From Phyllobates terribilis (lineage: Eukaryota): a stretch of 64,000 bases of DNA. The position numbers and the translations under genes are program-made. Below the pieces are notes generated by a model. It saw only the letters and a list, made by a program, of their open reading frames with translations, searched no databases and was not told where the DNA came from. Shown here in pieces: positions 10,642 through 22,932 of the stretch. The stretch is taken from assembly GCF_046119375.1 (NCBI RefSeq), contig NW_027362773.1, positions 228,656,001 to 228,720,000 on the forward strand. The letters are read 5' to 3'. Numbering within the stretch: the stretch's first letter is position 1; every line of letters starts with the position of its first letter.

Positions 10642-13600
10642 ATGAGTAACCGTACGGTTCGGATTTTAAGTTGGAATGTACGTGGTATATCTGACAGGAT
10701 TAAGAGGGCAGCAGTTCTGAATCACATCAGATCTTGTGATCCTATGATTGCGTGCTTACAGGAGACCCATCTCACTAGAGATACTAGGCACTGGCTATCG
10801 AGAGGGTGGATGTTAAAGACATATCATTCCACTTATTCCTCGTACTCCAGGGGGGTGTCAGTCCTAATACACAAAAACGCACATTATGAAGAGCTGGCAG
10901 TGCAAGTAGACAGTGAAGGGCAGTATGTATGGATTGCGTGCAGATTGTATGGATACAAAATGATTTTAGTGGCTTTATATATCCCTCCGCCTTATTCTAA
11001 AAAGGAACTTCAAGCAGTAATGGACTTGACGGCCAGATGGGGGGAGGCTCCGATGTTGATTATGGGAGATGTTAACAACACCATGAATGATTACTGGGAT
11101 AAAGTACATCCGGCAGGTATGGAAGCTGGACGGGACGGAATGACTGCATTTGGCACCTACGTGGGGGAGCTGGGGCTGGTGGATCTGTGGAGAGTACGAA
11201 ATGAGGGTAAGAGGACCTTCTCGTGTCATTCGGCTACACACGGAACACTGTCAAGGATAGACCTGGCTTTTGGGGATACTGCTATGGATGGGATGGTTGG
11301 GGAGGTGGAATACCTACAGAGGACTCTATCGGATCATAGTCCTATGGTTGTCACGCTTCTAGTGGGATCTGCTCAGGGTCAGAGGGGAGGTTGGCGTCTT
11401 CACCCGACGTGGCTTAAAGTGGTGGATATGGGTGGCATAACCAAAGAACTAGAGCACTTCTTCCAAGTGAATGAAGGGAGTGCTGAGGCCACAGTGGTGT
11501 GGGAGGCTATGAAGGCATTTACGAGGGGACTCTTTATAAGTGAGATCTCACGGTGTAAGACCAAAACTAAATTGGCAGATCAACAAATAAAGGATGACTT
11601 GACAAGGGCAGAGGCAGACATGATTTTGGCGCCAACGAGTGTAGCTCACAATAGACTAAAATTGGCACAGGAGGCAGTTAATAAACTGCACATGATGCAA
11701 GCTGAGAGGAAAAGGGCATTTCAGCAAGCCCAATTCTTTGAGGAAGGAGAGAGAGTGGGTCACTTGTTGGCGGTGATATCTGCGGCACAGAGGGAGTCTT
11801 CCAGGGTGTACAGGTTGAGAGACCAAACGGGGACGACTCTGACAGACACAAAGGACATATTGGAGGTCTTCAAGGAATATTACATGGCACTGTACAATTC
11901 AAGAGTACGGGACACGGAGGGGGCCGTAGAGGAATTTTTGGAAGGCATCTCACTGTCTAAATTGTCTGAGGAAGATAGGATGAGGTTGGATGAACCTGTG
12001 AGTGTGGAGGAGGTGGAATGTGCAATTCTGTCTATGCCCAATAACAAATCACCGGGTGCTGATGGTCTACCTGGGGAGGTGTACAGGGAGCTGGTGGAAC
12101 TGCTAGCTCCAAAATTGAAATCTGTGTTTGATGAGGCTTTGGTGAAGGGGGCGTTACCGAGATCATTGGAGGAAGCGGTGATAGTGGTTCTGCCAAAGGA
12201 GGGGAAAGATCCCATGGATGCGGAGTCGTATAGGCCCATATCGTTGTTGACAACGGATGTCAAAATACTCGCTAAGATCCTGGCCACCCGGCTCACCGGG
12301 GTTGCGCATACTGTTATTCACGAGGACCAGTCGGGCTTTATGCCCAACCGCTCCACGGCTGTTAACTTGAGAAGATTATTTCTTAATATGCAGCTGCCTG
12401 CTGATAATGGTGGCGGGAGAATAGTGATGTCATTGGACGCTAGAAAAGCATTTGATAGCGTGGAATGGAAATATTTATGGAAAATCATGGAAATAATGGG
12501 ATTTGGCCCCGCATTCATGGCCTGGGTGAAGTTATTGTACTCATCCCCAAGGGCGGTAGTTAAGGTGAATGGTGAACGGTCCGGGATGTTTGACTTACAT
12601 AGGGGCACAAGGCAGGGGTGCCCGCTGTCCCCGCTATTGTTTGCGGTGGCAGTGGAGCCCCTGGCGGCCAAAATAAGAGCTGAGAGAGGAGTGGTCGGAT
12701 TTAAATTTGGGAGGCTGGAAGAAAAAATATCACTGTATGCCGATGACATCCTGTTATTTCTGGAAAATGCAGGAGAGACATTGGGGTGCACGATGGATGT
12801 AATTAAACACTTTGGGAGCATTTCGGGACTGGAGATAAACTGGCACAAGTCTTATGTCATGGCTGTAGATAGACCAATAAAAGCGGAGGAGATAGATGAG
12901 AGGGGGAAGCAGCTCCAGCTGGTTTCACAATTTAAATACCTTGGGATATGGGTGGAGCTTCCATTGACACGATTCACGGATCTGAATTTAGTTCCTCTGC
13001 TAGAGAAATTTAAAAAGAAAATAGGCGCATGGTGCCAATTGGCTTTGACGGTGACGGGTAGAACTAACCTGATTAAGATGGTCCTTATGCCACAACTAAT
13101 GTACGTTTTGCACAACTCACCGATATGGCTACCAAAAAAACGGTTTCAGGGTATTGATTCTCTCTTCAGATCCTTGATATGGGGCAAGAGGCAGGCAAGG
13201 ATTAAATTGGGAACGCTGCAAAATGGGAAGGAGGAGGGAGGATTGGCCGCACCCAATCCCTGGGTCTATTTCTTGGCAGTACAGGGCCAGCATGTCAGGG
13301 GATGGAGAGAACCCGATTGTGGAGGGGCAGCTTGCCGGGTGCTGGTACATGTGTCGGGGAGACGCCCACTGGTCCAGGCTTTAGAGGATGGTACCTTTAA
13401 GAAATTGGGAGCAATATATCCTACCTTAGGCTTGACTCAGAAGGTATGGGACACTATTAAAAAGATCAGGGGGGTGGACGGGCTGACTAAGTACTCACCG
13501 GTGTTGGGCAATGAACATCTGCCGGAACTTAATAAGCTGTGTCAAATGGGCAATTGGAAGGCGCAAGGAGTGAGATATGTGTGCCAGCTGCAGAGTGGAA

Positions 13601-14397
13601 CGGACCTGAAGACCTTTGAGAAATTGAGAGAAGAATTTGATTTGCCTTTGGTATGGAGATTTCAATACTATAGGCTTCGACATGCTTGGAGGGCACAGTG
13701 TGGATTGGGAGCCATGACGGTTCAGGGTGACATTGTACTAGACTCTGTGTGTATGAAGGGAGGGACGAGGGGAGTCATATCGAGCTTATATCATGACCTA
13801 CTGCACTCCTATCTGGGGGGAAATCACTTCATTGCAAAGAGTAAATGGGAAAGGGAGGTGGGTACCCTCACAACAGAACAATGGGAGGCGATTCTAGAAT
13901 ATGTCCCGAAGATCTCTTTAAGCGAGCAGGCACGGATCTCCCAATTATACATAATACATAGGACATACAAAACACCGCTGCGCCTGTACAAGGCGGGCTT
14001 GAGGGGAGATTCCAGTTGCCCTAGATGTGGCACGGACCAGGCCGGACTGCTACACATGCTATGGTCATGCCCGCGGCTAGTGGCTTATTGGTTGGTCGTT
14101 GTTAACAAAATTGAGAGGGCTTATACATGTACAATTGACAGAAACCCGGTGCTGTGTGTTTTGGGGGAGGTGGATGGAATACCTGTCTCAGAACATTACA
14201 AAGTGGCGATAGCGCGATTGCTATATGTGGCACGCAAACTAATAGCACGAAAATGGACACATTCGGAACCCCCCACTAGGAGGGAATTTATTGCTCAGAC
14301 ACGTACGGTAATGCATTTAGAGGAAAGCATTTACAGGCGGAGGCATGGAGAGAGAACTTTTGGGAAAATATGGTCCGCATGGATGGCGGTAATATGA
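10642..14397 (+). CDS. ORF2: L1 ORF2p (APE endonuclease, reverse transcriptase, C-terminal cysteine-rich domain), 1251 aa
   Basis: ILSWNVRG, LQETH, GDVN, SDH; YRPISLL, LDARKAFD, QGCPLSPLLF, YADD, YLG; CPRC...HMLWSC. No stops. Confidence 0.98.
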   Translation: MSNRTVRILSWNVRGISDRIKRAAVLNHIRSCDPMIACLQETHLTRDTRHWLSRGWMLKTYHSTYSSYSRGVSVLIHKNAHYEELAVQVDSEGQYVWIACRLYGYKMILVALYIPPPYSKKELQAVMDLTARWGEAPMLIMGDVNNTMNDYWDKVHPAGMEAGRDGMTAFGTYVGELGLVDLWRVRNEGKRTFSCHSATHGTLSRIDLAFGDTAMDGMVGEVEYLQRTLSDHSPMVVTLLVGSAQGQRGGWRLHPTWLKVVDMGGITKELEHFFQVNEGSAEATVVWEAMKAFTRGLFISEISRCKTKTKLADQQIKDDLTRAEADMILAPTSVAHNRLKLAQEAVNKLHMMQAERKRAFQQAQFFEEGERVGHLLAVISAAQRESSRVYRLRDQTGTTLTDTKDILEVFKEYYMALYNSRVRDTEGAVEEFLEGISLSKLSEEDRMRLDEPVSVEEVECAILSMPNNKSPGADGLPGEVYRELVELLAPKLKSVFDEALVKGALPRSLEEAVIVVLPKEGKDPMDAESYRPISLLTTDVKILAKILATRLTGVAHTVIHEDQSGFMPNRSTAVNLRRLFLNMQLPADNGGGRIVMSLDARKAFDSVEWKYLWKIMEIMGFGPAFMAWVKLLYSSPRAVVKVNGERSGMFDLHRGTRQGCPLSPLLFAVAVEPLAAKIRAERGVVGFKFGRLEEKISLYADDILLFLENAGETLGCTMDVIKHFGSISGLEINWHKSYVMAVDRPIKAEEIDERGKQLQLVSQFKYLGIWVELPLTRFTDLNLVPLLEKFKKKIGAWCQLALTVTGRTNLIKMVLMPQLMYVLHNSPIWLPKKRFQGIDSLFRSLIWGKRQARIKLGTLQNGKEEGGLAAPNPWVYFLAVQGQHVRGWREPDCGGAACRVLVHVSGRRPLVQALEDGTFKKLGAIYPTLGLTQKVWDTIKKIRGVDGLTKYSPVLGNEHLPELNKLCQMGNWKAQGVRYVCQLQSGTDLKTFEKLREEFDLPLVWRFQYYRLRHAWRAQCGLGAMTVQGDIVLDSVCMKGGTRGVISSLYHDLLHSYLGGNHFIAKSKWEREVGTLTTEQWEAILEYVPKISLSEQARISQLYIIHRTYKTPLRLYKAGLRGDSSCPRCGTDQAGLLHMLWSCPRLVAYWLVVVNKIERAYTCTIDRNPVLCVLGEVDGIPVSEHYKVAIARLLYVARKLIARKWTHSEPPTRREFIAQTRTVMHLEESIYRRRHGERTFGKIWSAWMAVI

Positions 14398-14543
14398 TTG
14401 TCAATGTTCCCAGGTATGCCCGGCATAAGGAGTATTGGCGGGAGGGGGGAGGGGGGAGAGGGTTTTGACTGTATTACTACACGTTATGTGAATTGTTATA
14501 TGTATATTGATAACTGTTTGCTGTAAATTTTTGAAACCTAAAT

Positions 14544-14574
<31 letters not shown>

Positions 14575-14887
14575 GACCATAAGCCCAAGATGGCCATTTA
14601 TTAAATATGAAATACTAAGTGTAACTGTAAAGTGCGTCCTCCACCCTCACCCACTACTAGGTTCCCCCTATCTTTTGGTTCCCCCCCCATCTCCTCTTAT
14701 CCCGGCTGGGGCAGCACCCTGGTGCGTATAAGCCCCCCTCAGGTGGGAGAGGTGTAGTGTTGGGTGATATGGTAGGGTCCCGAGAGGTGCTCCTTCCTTA
14801 CCTCGGAGAGGAGATACCACACCTCGTTTTGAGGTGCAGTACCCCTGTGGCGACTGAACCCTCAGGGGCGCCACATATTAATTTAAA

Positions 14888-17800
14888 ATGGGCAAGGCGC
14901 GTAACAAGTGACGAGCAAGTGGACGTGATGGTGCATGCAGAGGACGAGGCAGAGTCCGTGGGCAAGCTGAAATTGTGCCACAACAAACACCCACATCTTG
15001 TCTCTCGACCTTCCTGTCCCAATTAATAGAGGACCACAGAACACCCCTATTGAACAAAGAGCAGTGTGAAAACGTTATTGGTTGGATAGCAGATTATGCT
15101 TTCAGTCACTTAGCCACCACCACCATGTCTTCCACACGGTCAAGTCTCAGTAGCCGTGAGTCTGGACTGCATATTCCTCACCCTGATCCTCCTTCCTCCC
15201 ATCATGCCGAGTGCCCGTAGACAACTGATCCTACCCTTGGACACTCCGAAGAGCTGTTCATTTTTCCATTTATAGATTTGGGCCTCTCTCCCGGTCCACT
15301 TGAAGCGGGGTAAGAGGAGATCGCATGTAGCGATGCCCAAATATTTGAGCAGCCAGGGTCACACGAATGCGATGGTGGGAAACTGTCACAAGAGGTGGAT
15401 GATGATGAGACACCACTGCCAGAAAGTCAGGAGGACTAGGGTATGGAAGTGGAAGTTGAGGTAGTGGACGATGAAGTCACTGACCCAACATGGCAAGGTG
15501 ACATGCAGAGCGAGGACAGCAGCACACAGGGAGAGGGAGGCATAACACCACAACAGGCAAGAACAAGCAGTGTGGTGGCCGCAGACAGAAGGCGGGCAAC
15601 AGTTCCCCGTAACATCAGCACAACGGAAGTTGCCAGTACAACTGTTAGGTCTTCCCGAGTCTGGTTGTTTTTTAAAGACTCTGTCGATAACCCCAAAAAG
15701 GCCATTTGCACCACCTGCCAGGCCAGCATCAGAAGGGGTAGCAAAACTAGCAGCCTGACCACCAGCATTATCAAGCACATGGCAGCAAAGCACCCGATTA
15801 AGTGGGCCGAACCCCAGGGTCCAGGAACAGTGTCTGCGTGTGACACCACTGCATGTTCCGCTGTTGTGCGTGCACGCCAATCCCCTGTCCGTGGCGCATG
15901 CCAAGATGCCTCCCGCCCTGCACCTTTCGTTGAACACTCTCAACTAGCACCATCAGCAAGCACGTCCACATCCTTGTCCCAGTGCAGCGTTCAGTTGTCC
16001 CTATTCCAGTCCTTGGAAAGCAAGCGCAAATACGCAGCTAACTCCCCACAGGCCACACTACTAAATTCACACATTTCACGAATGCTTGCGATCGAAATGT
16101 TGCCTTTTAGGCTCATGGAGACGGAAGCTTTCCGCAACCTGATGGCGGTGGCCGTCCCTTGGTACTCGGTCCCCAGCTGCCACTATTTCTCCCGGTGTGA
16201 CGTCCCCGCATTACACAAGCACGTGTCCCACAACATTAGCTGTGCCCTCAACAATGCAGTTACTGGGAAAGTCCACCTGACCATGGACATGTGGACAAGT
16301 GCTTGTGGGCAGGGACGGTACATCTCGATGATGGCACACTGGGTGAACATAGTGGAAGCCAGGACCCAGTCAGACCTTGGAACGGAACATGTCCTCCCGA
16401 CGCCGAGGATTGTGAGCCCTGGGTCAATCAGGGTTGCCCCCACATTCTACAGCTCCTGCACCTCGTCCTCCTCTTTAGCATCCATCTCTGAAATGACCAC
16501 ATCAGTCGCAAGCTGGAAGCACTGCAGCACTGCCTCAGCCAAGCGGCAACAGGCTGTGCTGAAGCTAATATTCTTAGGTGACAAACCCCACAACGGTGAA
16601 GAGTTGTGGACAGCTCTGAAAGAACAGACAGATCTGTGGCTCACACCGCTGAACCTACAGCTAGGCATGGTCGTGTGTGACAACTGCCGGAACCTGGTGG
16701 CGGCTCTGAGGCGAGGCGAGCTCACACGTGCTTGACCACGTGGTTCAGCGGTTTCTCAAAACCTACCCAGATCTGTCGGATCTGCTTGTCAAAGTGCGCC
16801 GCCTGTGTGCCCATTTTAGAAAGTCACCTACAGCTTCCGCCGCTCTTGCCGTGCTTCATAAGCGTTTGCAGCTTCCGGTTCACCGACTGGTGTGTGATGT
16901 CCCCATGCGTTGGAACTCTACATTGCAGATGTTGGGAAGGATTTGTGAGCAGAAGAGGGCAGTTGTTAACTACCTGCATCAACAAGGCCGTCGGTATTCA
17001 GGTCAGACTCCACACATAAAACCTCAGGAGTGGACATGGATGTCAGACATCTGTACCATCCTCCAAAACTTTGAGGACTTCACCAAGATGGTGAGCGGCG
17101 ATGGCACCATAATTAGCATCACCATGTCGTTTCTCTGTCTTCTCAAACGCTCTCTGCTTACAATTAAAGAGGATGCATTGCAGGCGGAGCACAATGAAAT
17201 GGGACAAGGAACCATACAGGGTGATTACACATAGCCCAGCCTCATCTCATCCCAACATGGTGACAATGAGGAAGAACAGGAGGTAGTTTCATGCTCTATT
17301 GACGGTACTACCTGCACAACTGCCATACCATCTGTTCAGCGTGGATGACCTGAAGACAAGGAGGAGGAGGAAGAGGATGAGAGCATGGTCAGTTGTCCTC
17401 TTGGTGAGGACACGGACGTCTTGCTGGTTAGCAGTCTGGCACACATTGCTGAGTTTATGTTACGCTGCCTTTCCCGTCACCCTCGCGTTGTCCAAATTTT
17501 GGGTGACAGTCATTACTGGTTGGTGACACTTCTAGACCCACGCTACAGGGAGAACTTTGTCTCTTATTCCTTTGCAGAGCAGGCCTAATAAAATGGGGTA
17601 GTATGAGAAGGCCCTTATTGTGGAATTAGTGAAAAAATTCCCATCTGAAAAAGCTGGTCACTGTTCATTGGACAACCAAGGAGTACAGGCGAGAGCGCCA
17701 CAAATGCAATCCAGCAGAGGCAGGGGAACACTGTCAAAGTTCTGGGACAGTTCTCTCAGACCCTCCCATTGCACAGGCCCAAAAGGAGTGCAAAGTTTCG

Positions 17801-18101
17801 GAAGATGGTGAGGTAGTACCTTGCCGACCGTACCAACGTCCTCCGTGATTCCTCTGTGCCTTATAATTATTGGGTATCCAAGCTGGACACGTGGCATGAG
17901 CTGGCTCTCTACGCCTTGGAGGTCCTGGCCTGCCCCGCTGCTAGCGTTTTGTCAGAGCAGGTTTTTAGTGCCGCCGGTGGAATTATAACTGGTAGGCGCA
18001 TTCGCCTGTCAACTGAAAATGCTGACAGGCTGACTCTTATAAAAATGAACAAGGGCTGGATTGGGCCAGACTTCTCAACACCACCGAATATAGCAGCGTA
18101 A
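14888..18101 (+). pseudogene. hAT (Ac/ZBED-like) transposase with BED zinc finger, fragmented by stops and frameshifts
   Basis: BED finger VWLFF..AICTTC..KHMAAKHP; VHLTMDMWTS; CDN; CDVPMRWNST; dimerisation domain YW..LA.YALEVLACPAASVLSEQVFSAAG..RLS. Confidence 0.93.
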
Positions 18102-18839
18102 CATAAACTCGAATACAGTGTGTTTTTTTGGGGAGGTCTAACTCTATTCCCATGCACCTCTGTCTTCACACCCAGAAATGGGTATACGCTTCCTGATTTT
18201 GTCTATTTGCTCTTGTCCTCCTCCTTCTCCGCATCCTCCACCACCATATCACCATCATATGTACCATACCAACATATCTACGTCTCTTGCAAGGGGCATT
18301 GGAGTTCCTCCAAATTTTTGGCAGCCGTTGCTTCACTGCATAGGCAAACAGTATGGGAAACCCACTTCCTAATAATGGGAACATTGTTTTTAGGAGGCTC
18401 TCTGATCTCTACGTCTCTTGCAAGGGGCATTGGAGTTCCTCCAAATTTTTGGCAGCCCTTGCAGTCATTGCATACGCAATAACAGTATAGGAGACCCACT
18501 CATTAATAATGGGAACAACAAAGCATAGCCGGCTGATTGCTCTCTAACAATAGCGAGGGCCGACTGCTGGACCTTTAAGAATAGTAAGGGCAGCCTGATG
18601 GCCCTATAAAAATAGACTTTGTGACTTTCAGAGTCCATCCATCATAAATGAAACAGGATGTGTCTAATGATGCGTCACACACTACATGGCCAGATAAGGT
18701 TGTAAAATGTTAAAATGACATTTCCCGGTGAATGCATTTGTCTTAAAAAAATAACGTTAAAAAGAAAAAAAAACACAGTAGGATCTTTCTTTACTATAAA
18801 AATCAGAGTCGCCAATGTAACCTTAATGTAATCACATTG

Positions 18840-19965
18840 TTCAGCTCCTGCACCTCCTCCTCCAGTTCGGCCTCCATCTCCGAAAGACCACATCAGTCAC
18901 AAGCTGAAAGCACTGCAGCACTGCCTTAGCCAAGCGGCAACAGGCTGTGCTGAAGATACCATGCTTAATGCTTAGGTGACAAACCGCCCACCGCTGCAGA
19001 GTTGTTGAAAGCTGTAACACAGCAGCCTAATCTGTGGCTCTCACCAACATACAGCCAGGCATAATCATGTGTGACAATGGGTGGAAACTGGTGATCGAGA
19101 AATGACAGCTGGAGTAGATATGGTTTCCCAAAAGTCAGTCCTTTCACCGAGCTAAAAAATATGGCTGTGGTGAAATACAACTCACCCACAAGCTGTGGAC
19201 TGGCACCGTACCGTCCCTGGCCACATTCACTTGACCACGAGTTTGTGGTTAGGCGGTGCTTCCCAGTAAGTGCACTGGGGAGGGCATGGGTAATGTTGTG
19301 TGACCCATGCTTGTGGAAGGCAGAGACGACACCGGGAGAAATAGTGGTGGCTGGGGACCGAGTATGGACACCCGGCTGCAGCCATGAGGTTGTGGACAGC
19401 TTCTGCTTCCACGAGCCTAAAAGGCTACATTTCAAGTTCAAGCAGCTTTAGAGGACTTCGTGGGAGAAATGACAGCTGGAGTAGATACGGTTTCCCAAGT
19501 CCTTTCACCAATCTAAAGAATATGGCTGTGGTGAAATACTACTCTCAGAAAAAAAGCTGTGGACTGGCTCCGTACTGTCCCTGGCCACATTCACTTGACC
19601 ACGTGTTTGTGGTTAGGCGGTCCTTCCCAGTAAGTGCACTGGGGAGGGCACGGGTAATGTCGTGGGACCCGTGCTTGTGGAAGGGGGAAACGATACCGGG
19701 AGAAATAGTGGCGGCTGGGGACTGAGTATGGACACCTGGCCGCCACCGCCATGAGGTTGTGGACAGCTTCCGCCTCCACGAGCCTAAAAGGCCCCATTTC
19801 AAGTGCAAGCAGCTGTGAAAAATTTGGCAGTATAGTATTGCAGTCTGTCTTGGCTGCATACTTGCGCTTGCATTCCAAGGAATGGGGTAGGGACAACTGA
19901 ACGCTGCGCTGGGACAAGGACGTGGACTGTGATTGTTGCAAGCCTGCATTTTCGCATTCGCCAAG
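18840..19965. repeat. Rearranged copies of internal hAT transposase segments (one sense, two antisense)
   Basis: About 18885-19095 matches about 16495-16700 on plus. About 19100-19440 and 19460-19965 match about 15950-16340 on minus (NLMA..YSVPS.HYFSR, GQGRY). Confidence 0.8.
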
Positions 19966-22932
19966 GATCACTTATGATGGGCACACTTTTAGGCAGTGAC
20001 CTGGGAGTCAGAGATGCTTCCAGAGGTCTTCCCTATGCTGTTTTCCATGTCTTTTTAGCACAGTATGCATGTGTCTGATGATGTGTCACACATCACATGG
20101 CCAGATAAGGTTGTAAAATGTTAAAATGACATTTCCCAGTGAATGCATTTGTCTTGGTTGAAAGCAATGCAAAAGTGCAAAAACGCATCAAAAACGCTAC
20201 GTGTTAACATAGCCAAAGGTGTGGAGGAGCATTTTTGTTTTTGGTTATTTATTTTGCCTTATATACACGTCATTATCCTGGAAAGGATGTTCTTTAACAT
20301 ATTTCCCAGGAAAATCCATTTTGGTTTCGTTTTTGCATGTTTTATTGTGAGTCCGTAAAAGTTGCGTAATACCTCTGACAACGTTGTTGACAGCAGTGAC
20401 CTGGGAGTCAGAAATGCTTCCAGGGGGTCTTCCCCATGCTGTTCCCATGTCATTTGAACACTGTTCCTGACGATATGGGCAATTTTTAGGCTCTCTGTAG
20501 ACTGGCTGGGGGGAGCCGCCGGAAAAAGGCTCGACCCGAGCAACGAGTACCCGAGCATTTTGGTGCTCGCTCATCACTAGAGTTTACGTCATAGTATGTA
20601 GCATATATTTTTTGGGGTTCAGATTACTTCATCCTAATGGGAGTTACAACAGAATACACTGTTCTACATATTTTCAAAAGTTGTCAGATTCAGTTATGAA
20701 ATGAGCCATTTCTTAATGATTTTGATCTCCTGAATTCAAATCTGACATTGAAAATTTTTAGTTGGCTTTTGTTTCTATGAGTTTTCCCTTTACTGCTACA
20801 TATAATGAATGCATAAAAGTTTCAGTACTGTGCAACATTATTAGTTTTGCAAATATAAAGATGCAGAATATTTTGTTATGTCAATTTTCTGATATTTATT
20901 TAGAGGAAGCTTAGCAACAATTCAAATAACTAAAACCTGTCTAACACTATTGAGAATTATAAACAGTTACAGAAATTGCACTACAAAATGTAGTCCTCAT
21001 TCAGTGACATCTCCTTTTTGCTTGTGTCTTGTACTCCTGCATCGGATCATCTCTTACAATTGTCCAACCGTAATCTTCAAGCATTGATGGATTCCATTTT
21101 CTTTGATATCTTTTGGAATTGAAGGTAGCGCGCTGCCATTATGCAGCAACACTGCTTTTAGGCTTGTTTTGGATGATCAATGAAGAGCCTCCACTCTTCT
21201 GAATTATGGCTTATCTTCAGAGCTTCCATTAAACTATTGATGTTGCTGCATGCCACAAGATCTCCCTACATGAAGAAGTATTGGAGAAGATTTTTATCAC
21301 GGTTGCGAAACAAAGAAATCCGAAAAACGTCAGCTAGATTATACTTCTGTAGCCTGAAACCTAAGAGCTCAGCCTTACTTTTGGACAGACCCAAATCTCT
21401 AACAAGATCATTCATTTTACTTTGTGTTATAAGGTGTAGCTTAATTGAGGTTGCAAACAAAGTCTGGCTCATGACAAGAAGATGCTTCATGACAGCAAGA
21501 ACCCTTTTCTTCCTCACTTGCATCGACTGAAAATGTTTCTGGTGTTTTTGGAACTGGCAGTTCTTCTGTATGTGGTACTGGGCGTATTGCAGATGAAATG
21601 TTTGGATACCGTAAAGTCCACTTCTTCCTTGAAACTGCTTTCCAAATAGGGGCACCATGCGGAAATAGCATTTAATAGTGTGATCAGTTGGCTCTCTCCA
21701 GATCATTGGGACTGCAAAAGGCATAGATTGCCTCTTCCCATGCAACCACTGGGTAAAATGTGATGCACAGCTATGGCAGCATATGTGTGGAGCCCAACTC
21801 TTGTCCTGACCTCCTATTATGCAGCCAAAATACAGGTTATAGGCTTTCCTTGTCATGGTAGTTAAGTTTTGCTTCTGTGACGCAAAAGTGACTTCTCCGC
21901 ATATGTATCACAAACTATCCGATTTGTTTTAAAATATTTTTATTAAGTTTTCAGTTAACAAAACTGTAAATACTTTATGTATTATATTATACAGAGTGGT
22001 TATTGTAGATATAACATATGTGAGCTATTATCATATAATACAGATATATCTATGCAATATGTTTTAATCACAGATTTACAAGGAAAGAACATAAATTTGG
22101 GGAAAGGGGAATAACAGACAACATAAAAGGAACTTACAACATAATCATACAAGTTGGTTAACCAAAAGGGTAATACATTACTTTTAACATCCCGAATTCT
22201 TACAAAGAGTATCATAGCCTAAGTTTTGGAACTACATTCAGCTAGTGAATTAAACAAAATGATATAAATACACCGTTATTGAATCAGAATTCAAAAATCG
22301 TAGTTTCACAATGTTAATGCAGTGTCAAGAAATTAAGTTTGGCATAAAGTTTTGTGACCAAATATCCCATTTAAATTTATATTTATTCAAGTCCTTCTGT
22401 CTAAGGGCTATATTGTATTCATAGATATTGTGGATAGAAACTCTGTCTATTACATCTGCTATGGTTGGAGCTTCAACTTGTTTCCAACGTGAAGCTATCA
22501 ACAATTTAGTAGTTATTAAAATGTGCCAAATTATGTGCCTTAGATTATTGGGGAAAGTATCTATACCTAGCAGCAGAAGAACCAATTGTGGATTAAGGGA
22601 AATTCGTAAGCTAGTGAGGTTTTTAATAAGGTTTCTAACCTCTGTCCAAAGATTATTGAGCTTAGGACAACCCCAGAAAATATGTGAGAGGGTCCCCATC
22701 TTCCCGCAACGCCTCCAACAGTCAGATGATGTCGATGGTGAGATTTGATAAATTCTCTCCGGTGTCCAGTACCATCTAGACAAGATCTTATAGTGGGACT
22801 CATGTAGAGAAGCACACAGAGTGTTCGAGTAAATGATGTCTAGAGATGAAGAGAGTTGTGATATGTCTATTTGAACTTGGAGTTCTTTTTCCCACGTTAT
22901 TATGTTTTTAGTCTTTAGTAGTTCAATGTCAT

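Larger units (their letters stand above)
8973..14571 (+). mobile_element. Full-length intact L1 (LINE-1) retrotransposon
   Basis: 5' end GGGGGGCGTGGCC; two open ORFs; AATAAA at 14541 then poly(A); perfect 15-bp TSD AAAGACCATAAGCCC (8958-8972, 14572-14586). Confidence 0.98.
7991..14875. mobile_element. Solo LTR (Gypsy-type, about 1.27 kb without the nested L1)
   Basis: TGTGACGC...GGGGCGCCACA termini; 4-bp flanks TATC/TATT (one mismatch); no coding body; split by the L1 at 8973-14571. Confidence 0.7.
7796..20579 (+). mobile_element. hAT DNA transposon (TAGTGATGAGCG-terminal family), decayed, hosting a solo LTR and an L1; left TIR not in window
   Basis: Transposase remnants at 14888-18101; right terminus GCTCGCTCATCACTA at 20579. 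Assigning 7796-7990 to the upstream region is inferred from rejoining the sequence across the solo-LTR TSD. Confidence 0.72.

Noticed and set aside
10975-14057. Antisense ORFs within L1 ORF2, and similar ones within Gypsy pol and CR1 ORF2
   Set aside because: Shadow ORFs of long coding frames; no recognisable motifs.
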